Origin: Candidatus Bathyarchaeia archaeon
Lineage (GTDB): Archaea; Thermoproteota; Bathyarchaeia; Bathyarchaeales; Bathycorpusculaceae
Length of the DNA stretch: 64,000 nt
Assembly (NCBI GenBank): GCA_049512935.1
Contig: JBEKWR010000010.1
Span: 26,426 to 90,425 of the forward strand
Reading direction: 5' to 3'
Made by a program: the position numbers and the translations under genes. Positions within the stretch are counted from its first letter, which is position 1; each line of letters starts with the position of its first letter. The notes beneath the pieces are model-generated. The model searched no databases. It saw only the letters and a list, made by a program, of their open reading frames with translations, and had not been told where the DNA came from. Shown piece by piece: positions 46,833 through 56,800 of the stretch.

Positions 46833-47717
46833 TCAGACTATTGCATCTAAACTTCTTGATTCTTTCCAGACTAAATCGAAGAGGATGCTGAATGCGTTAA
46901 CCAGTTCCTTGTTGTTGGTTAACATAGCTTTTCGCTTGTGCCCACGCGGATCCTTTGAAACTATCAGGATGAGTTCTTCTTTATCTCTCAGCACGAAGCT
47001 TGGAAAAACGTTTAGATCCAAATCTGCACACCGAAACTCCACGTTCTTGGTGTTGCTCAATCCCTTGAAAAGCGCACGAAGATACTGCCTATTCCCCTCG
47101 GAAATTACGCTAAGGATTCTGTGCTTGACTCCACGATTAGCGTTGATCTTCGTTAACCGAATGTTCTCTTTCACGTCCGGGGCGTTTGACCAATCTTCAG
47201 TTAATGTTTCAAGCTCCCTTTTTGCATTTTTGATGCTTTCTTTGGCTTTTGAATAAATGCGGTTTGAATCTTCTACAACATCGAAGCTTTCTGTCATAAG
47301 CGGAATTTCAGCGTACTTAATCGCTTTCAAAGTGTTCAATAAGTTTTGCCGACTGTTCTCCAGCATCATAACGTCGGCCCTTTTGGATTCAACGATTGAA
47401 TCAGCGACTCGTTCAATTGAGTTAGCCGAAAAATACGCGGGAGTTTCAATCGAAGATTCGACAATACCTCTTTTTTGCAGGTTTCTTAAATGTCGATAAA
47501 CTTGAACTTTGTTTACGTTCATCATTTGGCATATTTCTCTTGCTTTCTGCGGACCTGCCTTCAACAAGAAAAGGTATATTTTCGCCTCTTGTTCAGAAAA
47601 GCCCCATTCAAGAAGTTCAGTCAATGCTTTGTCCTTGTCTGGCGAATTTTTACCTAACAGTGGACCGCTTGCATATGGGACAAGAGGTCTTTTGGCTGAT
47701 ATGTTCTTCACCACCAT
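46833..47717 (-). CDS. TrmB-family transcriptional regulator
   Basis: LLEWGFSEQEAKIYLFLLKAG..VYRHLRNLQKRGIVESSIETPAYF and a PLD-like effector domain (FVLRDKEE). Confidence 0.88.
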   Translation of the reverse strand: MVVKNISAKRPLVPYASGPLLGKNSPDKDKALTELLEWGFSEQEAKIYLFLLKAGPQKAREICQMMNVNKVQVYRHLRNLQKRGIVESSIETPAYFSANSIERVADSIVESKRADVMMLENSRQNLLNTLKAIKYAEIPLMTESFDVVEDSNRIYSKAKESIKNAKRELETLTEDWSNAPDVKENIRLTKINANRGVKHRILSVISEGNRQYLRALFKGLSNTKNVEFRCADLDLNVFPSFVLRDKEELILIVSKDPRGHKRKAMLTNNKELVNAFSILFDLVWKESRSLDAIV

Positions 47718-47920
47718 CTACAAGTGTCTAAATGCTTTGAACGCTCTATCTATATATGATTAACTAGTTTCAGCTTTTTCAATAAGTAATAGACTTATTG
47801 CTTTTCCTAAAACAACTAATGTCCTGCAATCTTTCGGGATTCCAAAGAAAGAAAAGATGGTTTTTTTATGTAGCGTGAACTGAGTTATTGGCGAAGGGCA
47901 AAGGTAGTTTTTTCAAAATC

Positions 47921-48580
47921 CTATTTTCCTCTCAGCTTCTTCATGAGCGCCTCTGTTTTCTTTAGAGCGTCCATTGCGTCCTCACCCGAGGTGTCCGCTC
48001 CAAAACCCTTTGCCACATCTTCTGTGAATCCCCAGCCCCCGCAAATCAACCCGGTTTTCTCCCTGATGCCTGCTTTTCTCATCTCGTCGTCAAGGTCCCT
48101 CACTCGGAATTTCGTAGCGCCAAGAATAGCTGAGGCGCCGATGATGTCAGCCTTCAACTCTATTGCCTTGTCAACGAAGTTTTTGGCGGGTTGATCAATG
48201 CCTATGTCAGTCACTTCGAACCCTGCTCCACAAAGCATCGATATGACGATGTTTTTGCCGATGTCATGAAGGTCTCCTTCGACGGTGCCGATCACAACTT
48301 TACCAGCGACAGCAGCCTTTTCCGATTTCAATAACGGCTGGATAATGTCCATAACGGATTTGGTTACGTCTCCCACCAATATTAGGTCTGTTAGGAAGAA
48401 TTCGTTCTTTGCATATTTTTCGCCTGCCACAGTTAATCCAGGATGCAGACCTTTCATGAGAATATCGTAGGGAGCGACCTTCATGTCCAGCGCCGTATGT
48501 GTCAACTCGCACGCCAACTCCTCGTTTTCGTCGATCACTGCTTGCTTGAGCTGCTCAAAAATTTCCTCCTTGGTAGTCAA
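47921..48580 (-). CDS. Methyltransferase cognate corrinoid protein
   Basis: Four-helix cap, GTVEGDLHDIGKNIV (DxHxxG), GASA, CGG. Confidence 0.93.
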   Translation of the reverse strand: MTTKEEIFEQLKQAVIDENEELACELTHTALDMKVAPYDILMKGLHPGLTVAGEKYAKNEFFLTDLILVGDVTKSVMDIIQPLLKSEKAAVAGKVVIGTVEGDLHDIGKNIVISMLCGAGFEVTDIGIDQPAKNFVDKAIELKADIIGASAILGATKFRVRDLDDEMRKAGIREKTGLICGGWGFTEDVAKGFGADTSGEDAMDALKKTEALMKKLRGK

Positions 48581-48615
48581 ATTTTGTTTTCCTCCATGTC
48601 TCCAATTGTAACTTC

Positions 48616-49830
48616 CTACAGGTTTATGGGGTATTTCCCAAATTGCTTCACGTCTTTCACGAAGGCCTCAACGTTCTGAGGAGGAGTCCAATAATCTATC
48701 GCGCCGACCGCCATGCCGAATCCGACGCCCGGAGTCGAAGTGCCAATCTTAATGTGTTGCTTGACTGTCGCTTCTAAAGTCGGCAAATCTGTCAGAACCG
48801 CTTTATCGGGCTCACAGCAAATATACGCTTTGTTCAACCCCTTCGTGAATTTCCTGCAGAATTCCACATCGGTGTCCGTAGTGAACTCCAAGAATTTGCA
48901 AGAGTCATATCCACCTGCGTCAGCCATGATCTGCACATGGGTCTCTTGATTCGCAGCGTAAATCCATCCGTCTAAGGGACCGCGTTTAGCCAGTTCAGCG
49001 GCGAAGGGAGCAATTTGTTCCTTGAACACGCTTGGAGGCCAAGCTGAATGATGCTGGCAACACCATACGATGTCCGCTCCCGCTTCTCTAAGTGCTTTAG
49101 CGTACGATATTTCGAAGTCAGTTGTTTTCCTAATCAGTTTCTGCCACATGGGAATGTTCTTGATTGGGTCAAGGAAGCCAGCTTTGAGTCCTCGCACAGA
49201 TTCCGCAACGATCCATTCCGCTGGAGTGCAAACAGAAGCACCAACTGGCACCGTGTCGCCAAGTCCATACTTCTTGAAAGCCTCTTTCATTTGATGTATC
49301 ATCCACAGCATGCCAGGATAGGCGCCGTCTTTTCTGGGGTCGGGAACCACTAACCTGTCTGCGTCTTCAAGAGTTTTAACCCCGCTTTCGATCATAACGG
49401 GATGAGCACGCTCCAGATATTTTGCCTTGCCGCCCCACTCAGACTCGCCGTAACTGTAGCTGTAAATCTGAGGCACGAACACACCGAACCTCGCGACGCT
49501 TGCCAAGTGGGCTTTCAAGAACAGCTTGGGATGTTTAAAAGAGTCTATCGGCTTCACAGCGTCCGCGTAACCGTCGAGCGCTTTGATAGAATAAGTTGTT
49601 TCAGGATGAATTTGCACATGCACCATGTCGACTTCTTGACCTGCTACCATGGCGTTCCAGCGTTCCCAAGGTGTCATCTTGTCTTTCTCAATATTCTGCT
49701 TAATTTTCTGACAGTACCTTTCTATTTCAAGCTCTTCTTCCTCTGAAAATGGGAAGTCAAGCTCAGTCCAGGGCGTATTAAACCATTTAGGTGCGTCTTC
49801 CATATGTCCCCAATTAACCATCATAACCAC
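48616..49830 (-). CDS. Uroporphyrinogen-decarboxylase-fold methyltransferase (putative substrate:corrinoid MT1)
   Basis: MTPWERW, PDPRKDGAYP, AGADIVW and C-terminal TPPQNVEAFVKDVKQFGKY; directly upstream of the corrinoid gene. Confidence 0.8.
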   Translation of the reverse strand: MVMMVNWGHMEDAPKWFNTPWTELDFPFSEEEELEIERYCQKIKQNIEKDKMTPWERWNAMVAGQEVDMVHVQIHPETTYSIKALDGYADAVKPIDSFKHPKLFLKAHLASVARFGVFVPQIYSYSYGESEWGGKAKYLERAHPVMIESGVKTLEDADRLVVPDPRKDGAYPGMLWMIHQMKEAFKKYGLGDTVPVGASVCTPAEWIVAESVRGLKAGFLDPIKNIPMWQKLIRKTTDFEISYAKALREAGADIVWCCQHHSAWPPSVFKEQIAPFAAELAKRGPLDGWIYAANQETHVQIMADAGGYDSCKFLEFTTDTDVEFCRKFTKGLNKAYICCEPDKAVLTDLPTLEATVKQHIKIGTSTPGVGFGMAVGAIDYWTPPQNVEAFVKDVKQFGKYPINL

Positions 49831-49854
49831 CTGAAAAGCTGTTTTAGAGCTTTT

Positions 49855-49894
49855 GTTATTTAAGTTGTAGGAATTTACTTTTGTAACTAACTGA
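49855..49894 (-). promoter_or_regulatory. Conserved island promoter (copy 4)
   Basis: GTTATTTAAGTTGTAGGAATTTACTTTTGTAACTAACTGA has the same TTAA..TAG...AC.TTTGTAACT.ACT spacing as copies 2 and 3. Confidence 0.65.
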
Positions 49895-50035
49895 TTTCGG
49901 CAAAAACCTATGCGCTCACAGTCAATAAGTCGAAGACTTTGCCAGAACTGATTATAGTTTCAAGAGCAAATAAACCCAAGCCCAGCATGAAACCCGCCCA
50001 TAACCGACAATACAGTCAACATGGAGTCAACATTG

Positions 50036-50161
50036 AAAGTCGCATCCCGCCAAAGCGAAAGTCGCAACCCGCAAAAAGCTTCAAGTCCCAAACCAAAAAA
50101 GCAACCCAAAACACAAAGAGCCAAGCCTGAAAGTCGCAACTTTCCCGTAGCAAAAGTCGCA
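50036..50161 (+). repeat. Four AAAGTCGCA direct repeats in two pairs
   Basis: Starts at 50036, 50058, 50130 and 50153. Confidence 0.75.
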
Positions 50162-50344
50162 ACTTAAATTTTTCCAGAAAAACCAACTCCTGAGAGTCAG
50201 CCATAAAAAGCTCTTTTCACACAAAAAATCCTATTTCAAGCATCTTTCGCGTTTTTCTTCATTCAACGGCAACTTCCAAAACATTTTTTCGACCAAAACC
50301 CCAACGAAACTTTAACCCGCCTTCATTTATGCCCTAATATGCAT

Positions 50345-50360
50345 GAAAAAGTTTATATGC
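50345..50360 (+). promoter_or_regulatory. BRE-TATA promoter of the RNA polymerase operon
   Basis: GAAAAAGTTTATATGC matches the archaeal BRE/TATA consensus. Confidence 0.55.
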
Positions 50361-50510
50361 AAGCTGCGTAGCATGTGTTTGTGCCTTTAGAAAAGTTAGG
50401 AGAACCCTTTTTCAAGTTGGACAAATCCCGCAACTTTGGAGTTGAAAATTTGAACCAAATACAGTTAACCATATCACACAACATAAAAACCAAGGGAGAA
50501 ACACCCTAAA

Positions 50511-53500
50511 ATGACCGCAACCATCCAAAAAGAAGACATCCACGATTTACTAAAAACCTTTTTCCACGAAAAAGGACTAGTCAGGCAGCACCTTGACAGC
50601 TACAACGAATTCATCGACCACGGACTACAAGAAGTCGTAGATGAAGTTGCGGAAATCCCAATCGAAGTCCCAGAAAGCCCCTACAAAGTCAAACTCGGAC
50701 AAATCTGGGTAATCGATCCGCAATCACGCATCACGGGACCATACGTCACCGAAGTAGACGGGACAAAACACGAAATCTACCCCATGGAAGCCCGACTCAG
50801 AAACCTCGCGTACTCAGCCCCAATCGCGCTGGAAATGACCCCGGTCATAGACGGCAGAGAACAAGACACCGAACTCGTCTTCATCGGCAACATCCCCGTC
50901 ATGCTTAAATCCAAACTCTGCTTCCTCTCACAACTCTCACGAGAAGAACTCATCGCGGCAGGCGAAGACCCAGACGACCAAGGCGGATACTTCATCGTCA
51001 ACGGCTCCGAACGCGTAATCGTCGCCATGGAAGACCTAGCGCCAAACCGCGTAATAGTCGACATAGACGAGAAAGGCACATCACCAGTTTACCAAGCCAA
51101 AATCTTCTCAACCACCGTAGGCTTCAGAGCAAGAATCGAACTTAAACTCAAGTCAGACGACGCAATCTACGTCACCATGCCAGGTGTCCCAACAGAAATC
51201 CCATTCGTCGTCATCATGCGCGCGCTTAGCTTGGAAAAAGACAAAGACATCGCAGAGGCAGTTTCGCTTGAAGGCGACATCCAAAGCCAACTAGCCGCTT
51301 CATTCGAAAAAGCCATCGGCGTAGACACGCCAGCTGACGCAGTGCTTTTCATCGGTAACCGTGTAGCCCACGGGCAAGTTGAAGAGTACAGGCTCCAGAA
51401 AGCCGAAACCGCCCTTGACAAGAACTTTCTGCCGCACCTTGGCAGAAGCGAAAAGAACCGCAAGGAAAAAGCGATTTTCCTAGGCGAAATGGCTTACCGC
51501 GTTCTGCAGTTGAAAACTGGTAAAAGGCAACCAGACGATAAAGACCACTTCAAAAACAAGCGACTTCGCCTCGGCGGACCGCTTCTCGCAGACCTTTTCC
51601 GTGTTTCATTCAGAAACTTGACAAGGGACATAAAGTACCAGCTTGAACGCATCGGCGTCAAAGGCCCAATCATAACCGTTTCAGCCGCCGTTCGCCCAGG
51701 CATAATCACCGAACGTTTCCAGCATGCGTTGGCAACGGGCAACTGGGGAAGAGGAAGAGTAGGCATCACACAGCTTCTTGACCGCACAAACTACATTTCA
51801 ACGCTTAGCCACCTGCGCAGGCTCCAATCGCCGCTGAGCAGAAGCCAACCTAACTTCGAAGCCCGAGACTTGCACCCGACACACTGGGGACGCCTATGTC
51901 CGAACGAGACGCCTGAAGGCTCAAACTGCGGTCTCGTCAAGAACCTGGCGTTGTCAGCCTCAATCGCCGTCGGCGTGAACCCTGACAGGGTTAAGCAGTT
52001 GCTTTTCGAGATGGGCACTGTGCCCGCCGCCGAAGTCCCCAACGAACTGCGTCTTTCAGGAGCTAAAGTTTTCGTTGATGGAAACATTATTGGCTACTGC
52101 AATAACGCGGCGGAGATCGCGAAGGTTTTCCGCGAGAAACGTAGAGCGGGGGAGATCTCAACTGAAGCTAACGTAACATACTTCTCTAAGCTGCAGACTG
52201 AAGCTGAAGAGTTGCACGCTAACTGTGACGAGGGCCGAGTCAGGCGCCCGCTCATAATCGTCGAGAATGGCGCTCCGAAGCTTCAGCCGAAACACTTGGA
52301 AAAAATCGGTTTAGGCGAGTGGACTTGGGAGGACATTGTCAAGAACGGGTTGATCGAATATTTGGACGCTGAAGAGGAAGAAAACGCTTACATCGCCCTG
52401 TCCTTCGACCAGATTCAGCCTGACAACACGCATGTTGAAATCGCCACTTACACGATCCTTGGCATATGCGCGTCAACCATCCCATATCCTGAGCATAACC
52501 AGTCTCCACGCAACTCTTACCAGGCAGCGATGGCTAAGCAGGCTTTAGGTGTTTACGGCACTAACTTCCATCACCGCGTTGACTCGCGTTCGCACATTCT
52601 GCATTACCCGCAGGTTCCGATGGTTGAAACTGAATTGATGGAGGTTATGGGTTACAAACAGCGTCCGACAGGACAGAACTGTGTCGTCGCCGTGCTGAGC
52701 TTTGAAGGCTACAACATGGAGGACGCTCTCATCTTCAACAAGGCATCCGTCGAACGGGGCTTGGCGCGTTCAACTTTCTACCGTATTTACGAGGCTGAAT
52801 GCCGTCAGTATCTGGGTGGCTTGAAGGACAAGTTTACAGTTCCAGAGCCGGGAACCCGAGGTTACCGTGGCGAACAGTATTACAGGCTTCTTGAGCCCGA
52901 CGGGATAATTAGCCTTGAATCGCAGGTTGTCGGCGGAGATGTATTGATTGGAAGAATTAGCCCTCCAAGGTTCCTGGAAGAGTACAAGGAGTTCGAAGTT
53001 AAAGGGCCGTCGATGCGTGACACGTCAGTTGACATGCGTCCGTCTGAAACGGGGATTGTGGACGGGATATTCATTACGATGTCGGGCGAAGGCAGTCAGC
53101 TTGTGAAGGTGAGGGTTCGTGATCAACGTGTTCCTGAGTTAGGGGACAAATTTGCTTCGCGTCACGGTCAGAAAGGTGTTATCGGCTTGATTGTTCCGCA
53201 GGAAGACTTGCCCTTCACGGACGAAGGCATTGTGCCCGACCTCATAATTAACCCACATGCAATTCCGTCAAGAATGACCATTGGTCAGTTCATCGAGTCG
53301 CTCGCTGGAAAAGCGGCGGCGGCAAGGGGCAGACCAGCGGATGGCACACCATTCAGTAACGAGGGACCCGACGAGGTGCGTAAGAGCCTTGTTAAGTTAG
53401 GTTTCAGCCACACGGGTGGCGAAGTTTTCTATAACGGCACCACAGGCGAGAAGTTCGTCGCAGACGTGTTCGTTGGCGTAGTGTACTACCAGAAACTCCA

Positions 53501-53879
53501 CCACATGGTCGCTGACAAAATTCACGCCAGAGCGCGCGGTCAAGTTCAAATGTTAACGCGGCAACCGACTGAAGGCAGAGCCCGAGGCGGCGGCTTAAGG
53601 TTCGGCGAAATGGAGCGAGACTGCTTGATTGGTCACGGGGCTGCGATGCTGCTTAGGGATAGGCTGCTGGAGGAGTCAGACAAGTACACGCTGTACATTT
53701 GTGAGAACTGCGGGCAGATAGCTTACTTTGACATGAAACAGAGGCGTTACGTGTGCAGGATATGTGATGAGAAAGCGAAGATTTCGCCAGTCATCGTTTC
53801 GTACGCTTTCAAGCTTCTCTTGCAGGAGCTTCAAAGCCTGTGTATTACGCCTAAATTAAGGCTTAAGGAGAAGGCATAA
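50511..53879 (+). CDS. rpoB: DNA-directed RNA polymerase subunit Rpo2 (B, unsplit)
   Basis: GGYFIVNGSER, ETPEG, GDKFASRHGQKG, GGLRFGEMERD; 1122 aa. Confidence 0.98.
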   Translation: MTATIQKEDIHDLLKTFFHEKGLVRQHLDSYNEFIDHGLQEVVDEVAEIPIEVPESPYKVKLGQIWVIDPQSRITGPYVTEVDGTKHEIYPMEARLRNLAYSAPIALEMTPVIDGREQDTELVFIGNIPVMLKSKLCFLSQLSREELIAAGEDPDDQGGYFIVNGSERVIVAMEDLAPNRVIVDIDEKGTSPVYQAKIFSTTVGFRARIELKLKSDDAIYVTMPGVPTEIPFVVIMRALSLEKDKDIAEAVSLEGDIQSQLAASFEKAIGVDTPADAVLFIGNRVAHGQVEEYRLQKAETALDKNFLPHLGRSEKNRKEKAIFLGEMAYRVLQLKTGKRQPDDKDHFKNKRLRLGGPLLADLFRVSFRNLTRDIKYQLERIGVKGPIITVSAAVRPGIITERFQHALATGNWGRGRVGITQLLDRTNYISTLSHLRRLQSPLSRSQPNFEARDLHPTHWGRLCPNETPEGSNCGLVKNLALSASIAVGVNPDRVKQLLFEMGTVPAAEVPNELRLSGAKVFVDGNIIGYCNNAAEIAKVFREKRRAGEISTEANVTYFSKLQTEAEELHANCDEGRVRRPLIIVENGAPKLQPKHLEKIGLGEWTWEDIVKNGLIEYLDAEEEENAYIALSFDQIQPDNTHVEIATYTILGICASTIPYPEHNQSPRNSYQAAMAKQALGVYGTNFHHRVDSRSHILHYPQVPMVETELMEVMGYKQRPTGQNCVVAVLSFEGYNMEDALIFNKASVERGLARSTFYRIYEAECRQYLGGLKDKFTVPEPGTRGYRGEQYYRLLEPDGIISLESQVVGGDVLIGRISPPRFLEEYKEFEVKGPSMRDTSVDMRPSETGIVDGIFITMSGEGSQLVKVRVRDQRVPELGDKFASRHGQKGVIGLIVPQEDLPFTDEGIVPDLIINPHAIPSRMTIGQFIESLAGKAAAARGRPADGTPFSNEGPDEVRKSLVKLGFSHTGGEVFYNGTTGEKFVADVFVGVVYYQKLHHMVADKIHARARGQVQMLTRQPTEGRARGGGLRFGEMERDCLIGHGAAMLLRDRLLEESDKYTLYICENCGQIAYFDMKQRRYVCRICDEKAKISPVIVSYAFKLLLQELQSLCITPKLRLKEKA

Positions 53880-53881
53880 AA

Positions 53882-56800
53882 ATGGCAACCCAACAGGAAG
53901 AATTAATTCATAAAGTAGTTGATGAAATCTCATTCGGTTTAATCTCACCTAAGGATTTGCGGAAACAGTCGGTTGTTGAAATCCAAACTCCAGATACCTA
54001 CGACGAAGACGGCGCTCCCATCACGGCTGGGCTTATGGACGGCAGACTAGGCACTCTCGAGCCGAGGCAACGCTGCAAAACCTGCGGCAACACCGCGATT
54101 CGCTGCCCAGGGCACTTCGGGCATATTGAACTTGCCGTGCCAATCGTCCACATCGAATTCACTAAAATCATCTTTGACCTGCTTAAATCGACGTGCCGCA
54201 GTTGTGGACGCATACTGTTAACTGAAGACGCCGCCAAGAAAGCTCGCCAGAGAATTGAGCGGTTCAACGAGCTTTTAGGAACGATCCCTGATGAGGTTTA
54301 CAAGGAAATCATGACTGAAATAAAAGCCAAGCAGTGTCCTTACTGCGCGTCTGCCCAGTTCAAGATTACTTTTGAGAAGCCGACCAAGTTTATCGAGCAG
54401 ACTGAAGCGGGCTCCGAGCCTTTGACGCCGAGCATGATTCGGGAGAGGCTTGAACGTATCTCAGACGAGGATCTTGAGGTTTTAGGTTTTAACCCGAAGG
54501 TTGCTCGTCCAGAATGGATGGTTCTGCAGGTTTTGCCTGTGCCGCCCGTTTATGTTCGTCCTTCAATCACGCTTGAGTCAGGCATTCGCTCTGAAGACGA
54601 CTTGACACATAAACTCGTGGACATCATACGCATTAATCAGCGTTTGAAGGAGAACATGGAGGCTGGCGCACCGACACTTATCATTCAGGACCTTTCAGAG
54701 TTGCTGCAGTACCACGTTACGACGTACTTTAATAATGAAGCATCAGGCATCCCGCCGGCACGGCACAGAAGTGGAAGAGCGCTCAAAACTCTCTCGCAGA
54801 GACTCAAAGGCAAGGAAGGACGTTTCAGAAGCAACCTTTCAGGCAAACGAGTTGACTTTTCCGCGCGCACGGTGATTTCTCCTGACCCGAACCTTGACAT
54901 TAACGAGGTCGGAGTTCCAGTTGACGTTGCCATGCGACTTTCCGTTCCTGAGAAAGTGACGGCTTGGAACATTGAGGAAATGAAGAAGTTTGTAATTAAC
55001 GGTCCAGAAAACTATCCTGGCGCACTGTACATTATCAGGCCAGACGGCAAACGCATCAGATTAGAGTTCGTGGTTGACCGAACCAAAATCGCTGAAGCCG
55101 TGGAGCTGGGCTTCGTGGTCGAGCGGCACCTTAAGAACGGTGACATCGCAATCTTTAATCGGCAACCTTCGCTTCACCGAATGTCAATCATGGCTCATTA
55201 CGTTCGGGTTTTGCCGTACAAGACTTTCCGGCTGCATCTTTGTGTCTGCCCGCCTTACAACGCTGACTTCGACGGCGACGAAATGAACCTTCACGTTCCG
55301 CAGAGCGAGGAAGCCCGAACTGAAGCTCTGCTTTTAATGCAAGTTCAGGACCAGATTCTCTCGCCAAGGTTCGGCGGACCCATCATCGGCGCCATCAGGG
55401 ACTTCATCACAAGCGCCTACTTCTTCACGAAAAAAGGCAACTACATAAATAGAGATCAAGTCGACAGGTTGCTCACTGCAACGGGCTACACTGATGAGCT
55501 TCCTGAACCGGAAATCACTGAGCCCCAGCCCATGTGGTCTGGTAAACAGATCTTCAGTCTTTTCCTGCCTAAAACGTTGAATTACGTTTTGAAAGCCAAC
55601 ATTTGCCAAGGCTGCACAAAATGCGAAGAGGAAGAATGCAAGCATGACGCTTACGTTGTGGTTAGGAATGGGCAGTTGGTTTCAGGAATCATCGACCGGC
55701 GTTCAATCGGTTCAGAGCAGTCCGAAAGCCTGCTTCACAGAATAATCAAAGATTACGGAACCCAAGCAGGACGACAATTCCTCAACAACATAACACATCT
55801 GCTTAAACTGTACATTTCAATGCGAGGCTTCAGCTACACCTACGACCAACTGGTTCTTTCACCCAGAGCCCGCAATCGCATGGCAAAGACGATGGAACGC
55901 ATCCAAAAGAAAATTGACGAACACATCGAAAACTTCAAAAACGGTACCCTGCCTCGCTTGCCAGGACAAACCTTGGAGGAATCCTTCGAAATTTACGTCA
56001 TGCATGAGCTTGCCGTAGCCAGAGACGAATCGGGCAAAATAGCAGATGAAGACTTCACACTGGAAAACGCAGGCATCGTCATGACTCGAACAGGCGCAAG
56101 AGGCTCAAGCCTTAACATTGGTCAAATGGCGGCTTGCGTTGGGCAACAGTCAGTTCGAGGTAAACGTATCCTCAGAGGCTACGCGGGACGTGCACTTCCA
56201 CACTTTCTGCCGAATGACCCGCTTCCGAGGGCAAGAGGCTTCGTTTACAACTCTTACCAAACGGGTTTAGACGCGATCGAATTTTTCTTCCACGCTATGG
56301 GTGGCAGAGAAGGTCTAGTCGACACAGCCGTCCGCACACAACAGAGCGGTTACATGCAGCGTAGGCTAATTAACGCGCTTGAGCACATTCGCCTTGAATA
56401 CGACAGCACAGTCCGCGACTCTGCAGGAGACATCATCCAATTCCGATATGGAGAAGACGGAGTTGACCCTGCAAAAAGCGATCACGGCAAAGCAGTCAAC
56501 GTTACTCGCCTCATTGACCAGATAAGAATCGGCCAAGAAAAAGGAGAAGCCGCATCCGCCGAAGAAATCAAGAAACAACTGAAGAAAGTCGAAACTCAAC
56601 TTACTCCGATTTTGATGAACCAGCTTAAACAAAACTTTGCAAAGGGCAAGCTTACCAACGTCAGCGTTGAAAAAGCCACAGCGGTGACTGCTGACCAGTA
56701 CACGCGTGCCTTGATGGAGCCAGGTGAGGCAGTGGGGATTGTTGCTGCCCAATCAATCGGTGAACCTGGTACGCAGATGACTCTTAGAACCTTCCACTAC

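Noticed and set aside
47921-49830. Pyrrolysine read-through of TAG stops in the methyltransferase island (MT1, RACE and MtrH all end in TAG)
   Set aside because: The downstream genes are out of frame (offsets 38 and 16 nt), the proteins look complete at the TAG, and there are no MttB/MtbB/MtmB or pyl genes in the window.
49939-50204. Short ORFs in the rpoB upstream region as Rpo5
   Set aside because: The translations show no Rpo5 motifs (HxLVPxH, LPxI..DP) and reflect the biased composition.
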